Shown here in pieces: positions 62,063 through 64,000 of a stretch of DNA of 64,000 nt. Source of the stretch: Zygnema circumcarinatum SAG 698-1b. Lineage: Eukaryota; Plantae; Zygnematophyceae. Positions within the stretch are counted from its first letter, which is position 1; the number at the start of each line of letters is the position of its first letter. Made by a program: the position numbers and the translations under genes. The stretch is from contig CM074816.1 in the NCBI GenBank assembly GCA_037447605.1, positions 1,255,873-1,319,872 of the forward strand, read 5' to 3'. Below the pieces are notes generated by a model. The model saw only the letters and a program-made list of their open reading frames with translations, ran no database searches and had not been told where the DNA came from.

Positions 62063-63222
62063 TGTCCGGGACATCAATGTGTTGGTATAGGGACAATGTC
62101 CATGCATGGACGGTCATGTTTGGTGTAGGACCGAACATGGGGGGTGCCCGTATCATAAGCGCGGTACGGCAGGTCTAGGGATGGTCTAGGGTCGTCGGTT
62201 GCGGCGTAGGCTTAGACCGTACCAAAGGGGGTGCGCGGAATGCGCCTCAACGGGAGCGCGGCCGTACGGACGGCGCGCCATTGTACGGACGACGTGGAAG
62301 TGTACGGACATGGAGAGGCGGATTTGCACGCAGCGACATGATTGGTCGCGACAGCGCGCAGATCGCGGCGCAACCTCCTTGCGTGACGTGACGCATGGTT
62401 CAGCAATTATCGGTGGAGAAGATTTGAGATGTCTGCGGCGAATGGGGAGGCGCCACGTACATCCTTACGTTAGGTCAGGATTTGCAGGGCGGCAGACATG
62501 TACGGCTGGGCGGCGGACTCGGACGGCCGGGCGGCGGACGTGTACGGCTGGGCGGCAGAACAGTACGGTTGGCCTTTCGTAGGTCGGTGCTGGCATAGGT
62601 TAACGTGAGGCTGCGTAGCTGGCTGTTGAATGCATGCACTTGCTAGTGCGGCTGTGATGGGTGGTCACGTGACGCTGGCCGCCATTGTATAAAAGGGAGC
62701 AAGCTTGGCTCTCTCACTCACTCTCTCTTTATGTTATGCTGCTCGACCCTTGTTATTCAGGACGAGTATGCGGAGGCTGAGGCCTAGAGGAGTCCGGGAT
62801 CGTGTAGGAAGGTCGTCAAGGAAGAAGATCTCGTCATGCTAAGCTTTAGGGAAGGCGTTAGGTGGTGTGTCCCTCATGTGTTGAGGTAGAGGAGTTCTTG
62901 GAAGTATGAAGTGCTTGGCTATTGTTGTTGGGGTGTAAGTTATTTATCAGAGGATAAGACAGTGCTCATGTGAGGAGGACAATCTAGCATAAGGGATTTA
63001 TGTAGATTTCCTAAAGAGCTTGTATTACACTAATGAACATTTAAGGAGTTTCAGGGCCGTGGGCTTTCTCCTTATTATTGTGTCATTTGTCATGTGAGTC
63101 CTCGTGTGGGATTGGCCTGGTGGATGAGCAGGTCTCGCCTTTCTATGTTCCCGCAGTTGCGTTTTTTGCAGCATTGAGTACGGCAGCTTCGGTGGCTGCC
63201 TGCCCCCGTACGGTGCCAGACA
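62063..63222 (+). mobile_element. Possible solo LTR / LTR-derived sequence
   Basis: TGTCCGGGAC...GTGCCAGACA (TG..CA, 8/10 inverted match). Internal short repeats (GTACGGCTGGGCGGC x2) and TATAAAAGGG at ~62688 followed by a CT-rich tract. The flanks AATGT/ACCGT are not a clean TSD. Confidence 0.35.
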
Positions 63223-63282
63223 ACCGTACCGTTCCGTGTTCTGTGTAAAGGCGAAATCCGTGGAAAACTTCCCAGTACGGTA

Positions 63283-63988
63283 CAGTGGAGGGTCCTCATA
63301 TTTTCGCCATGGTATCGGCCAAAAAGGGGCAAAAATATTGATTTTGCAAATATAAGGTACGTGTTACCAATAGGCTTTCGGTACCATGTTAGAGTTCATG
63401 TTTGTCCGTACGTATCATATCGTCTAATATCGTATCGTATCGTACCATATCGTCCAGTATCTAGCGTACCGTGCCGTATAGTATCGTCTAATATCGTACC
63501 GTCGTACCGTATCTATCGTACCGTACCGTATCGTATCGCATACACGTAGTTTTCCGCTCTTCGCGTTGTTCGTCTCATTGATGATGCTATAATTATCAAT
63601 AGTGGAAGAGCACACCCATGATAAAATAAATGAGTGAGTTAATATTAGGCTGGGGGTTGACGGGCTTCCACGGCAATGAAACAAAACGGGTGCCTTGTGC
63701 GACTTGGAAGACGCTCAATACCAAAACACCTCTTAAAGTCAATATGCTTGCCGTGTAGATGGTTGATGTGGATGGTATACGGAGCAGACGAGGAGAGGAG
63801 CGAGCGCCTCTTACGGCGGACACCTGTGGGAAGATTCTACAACTCGTACGGCTAGTACGAATAGTACGAATAATACGGACAGTACGGCTAACATTGAGTT
63901 ACCGTACAAAAAGGTAGTTTCGGCAAAATCGGGGCGAATTTCTTGGGAGCGCACTGTACAGGGTGGAAAATATGAGGACCCCCCACTG
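63283..63988. mobile_element. Non-autonomous Tc1/mariner-type MITE (706 bp), a different family from the one at 14191
   Basis: 23 bp TIR CAGTGG(A/G)GGGTCCTCATATTTTC with one mismatch. TA on both sides (63281-63282, 63989-63990). Internal (TATCG/TACCG)n tract at 63405-63540. Confidence 0.88.
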
Positions 63989-64000
63989 TAATACGCAAGT

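Noticed and set aside
60562-62128. Several 60-180 aa ORFs after the membrane-protein gene
   Set aside because: No recognisable domains and no consistent exon chain.

Overview
Intron-rich eukaryotic nuclear DNA from a green plant lineage, most likely a streptophyte alga such as Klebsormidium. This is inferred from land-plant-like gene families, CT/GA-rich introns and mixed TTAGGG/TTTAGGG/TTTTAGGG tracts. From left to right the window holds: the last exon of SPT5; a stand-alone intact Ty1/copia gag ORF; and a diverged tandem segmental duplication. That duplication carries a spliced SMP/LEA-like gene, invisible in the ORF track, head-to-head with an F-box/LRR gene (one F-box copy frameshifted, plus a collapsed third unit). 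Next come a cluster of nested non-autonomous DNA transposons with exact TIRs/TSDs, a secreted dumbbell-shaped Ser-Pro4 glycoprotein, and MED18 head-to-head with a DusB-type tRNA-dihydrouridine synthase. After a ~2 kb near-identical duplication across an N-gap (probable assembly artefact) lie a very large J-domain/CCCH protein, THADA/Trm732, a plant multi-pass membrane protein with a 2.1 kb (CT)n intron, a possible solo LTR and a second Tc1/mariner MITE. There are no rRNA, tRNA or CRISPR features and no autonomous transposon. No single novel system can be proven from sequence alone. The best leads are the possibly domesticated gag, the two-domain HRGP, the SMP/F-box cassette and the J-domain protein. 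Exon boundaries were worked out by hand from splice consensus and frame continuity. Four 10-N gaps sit next to low-complexity tracts.
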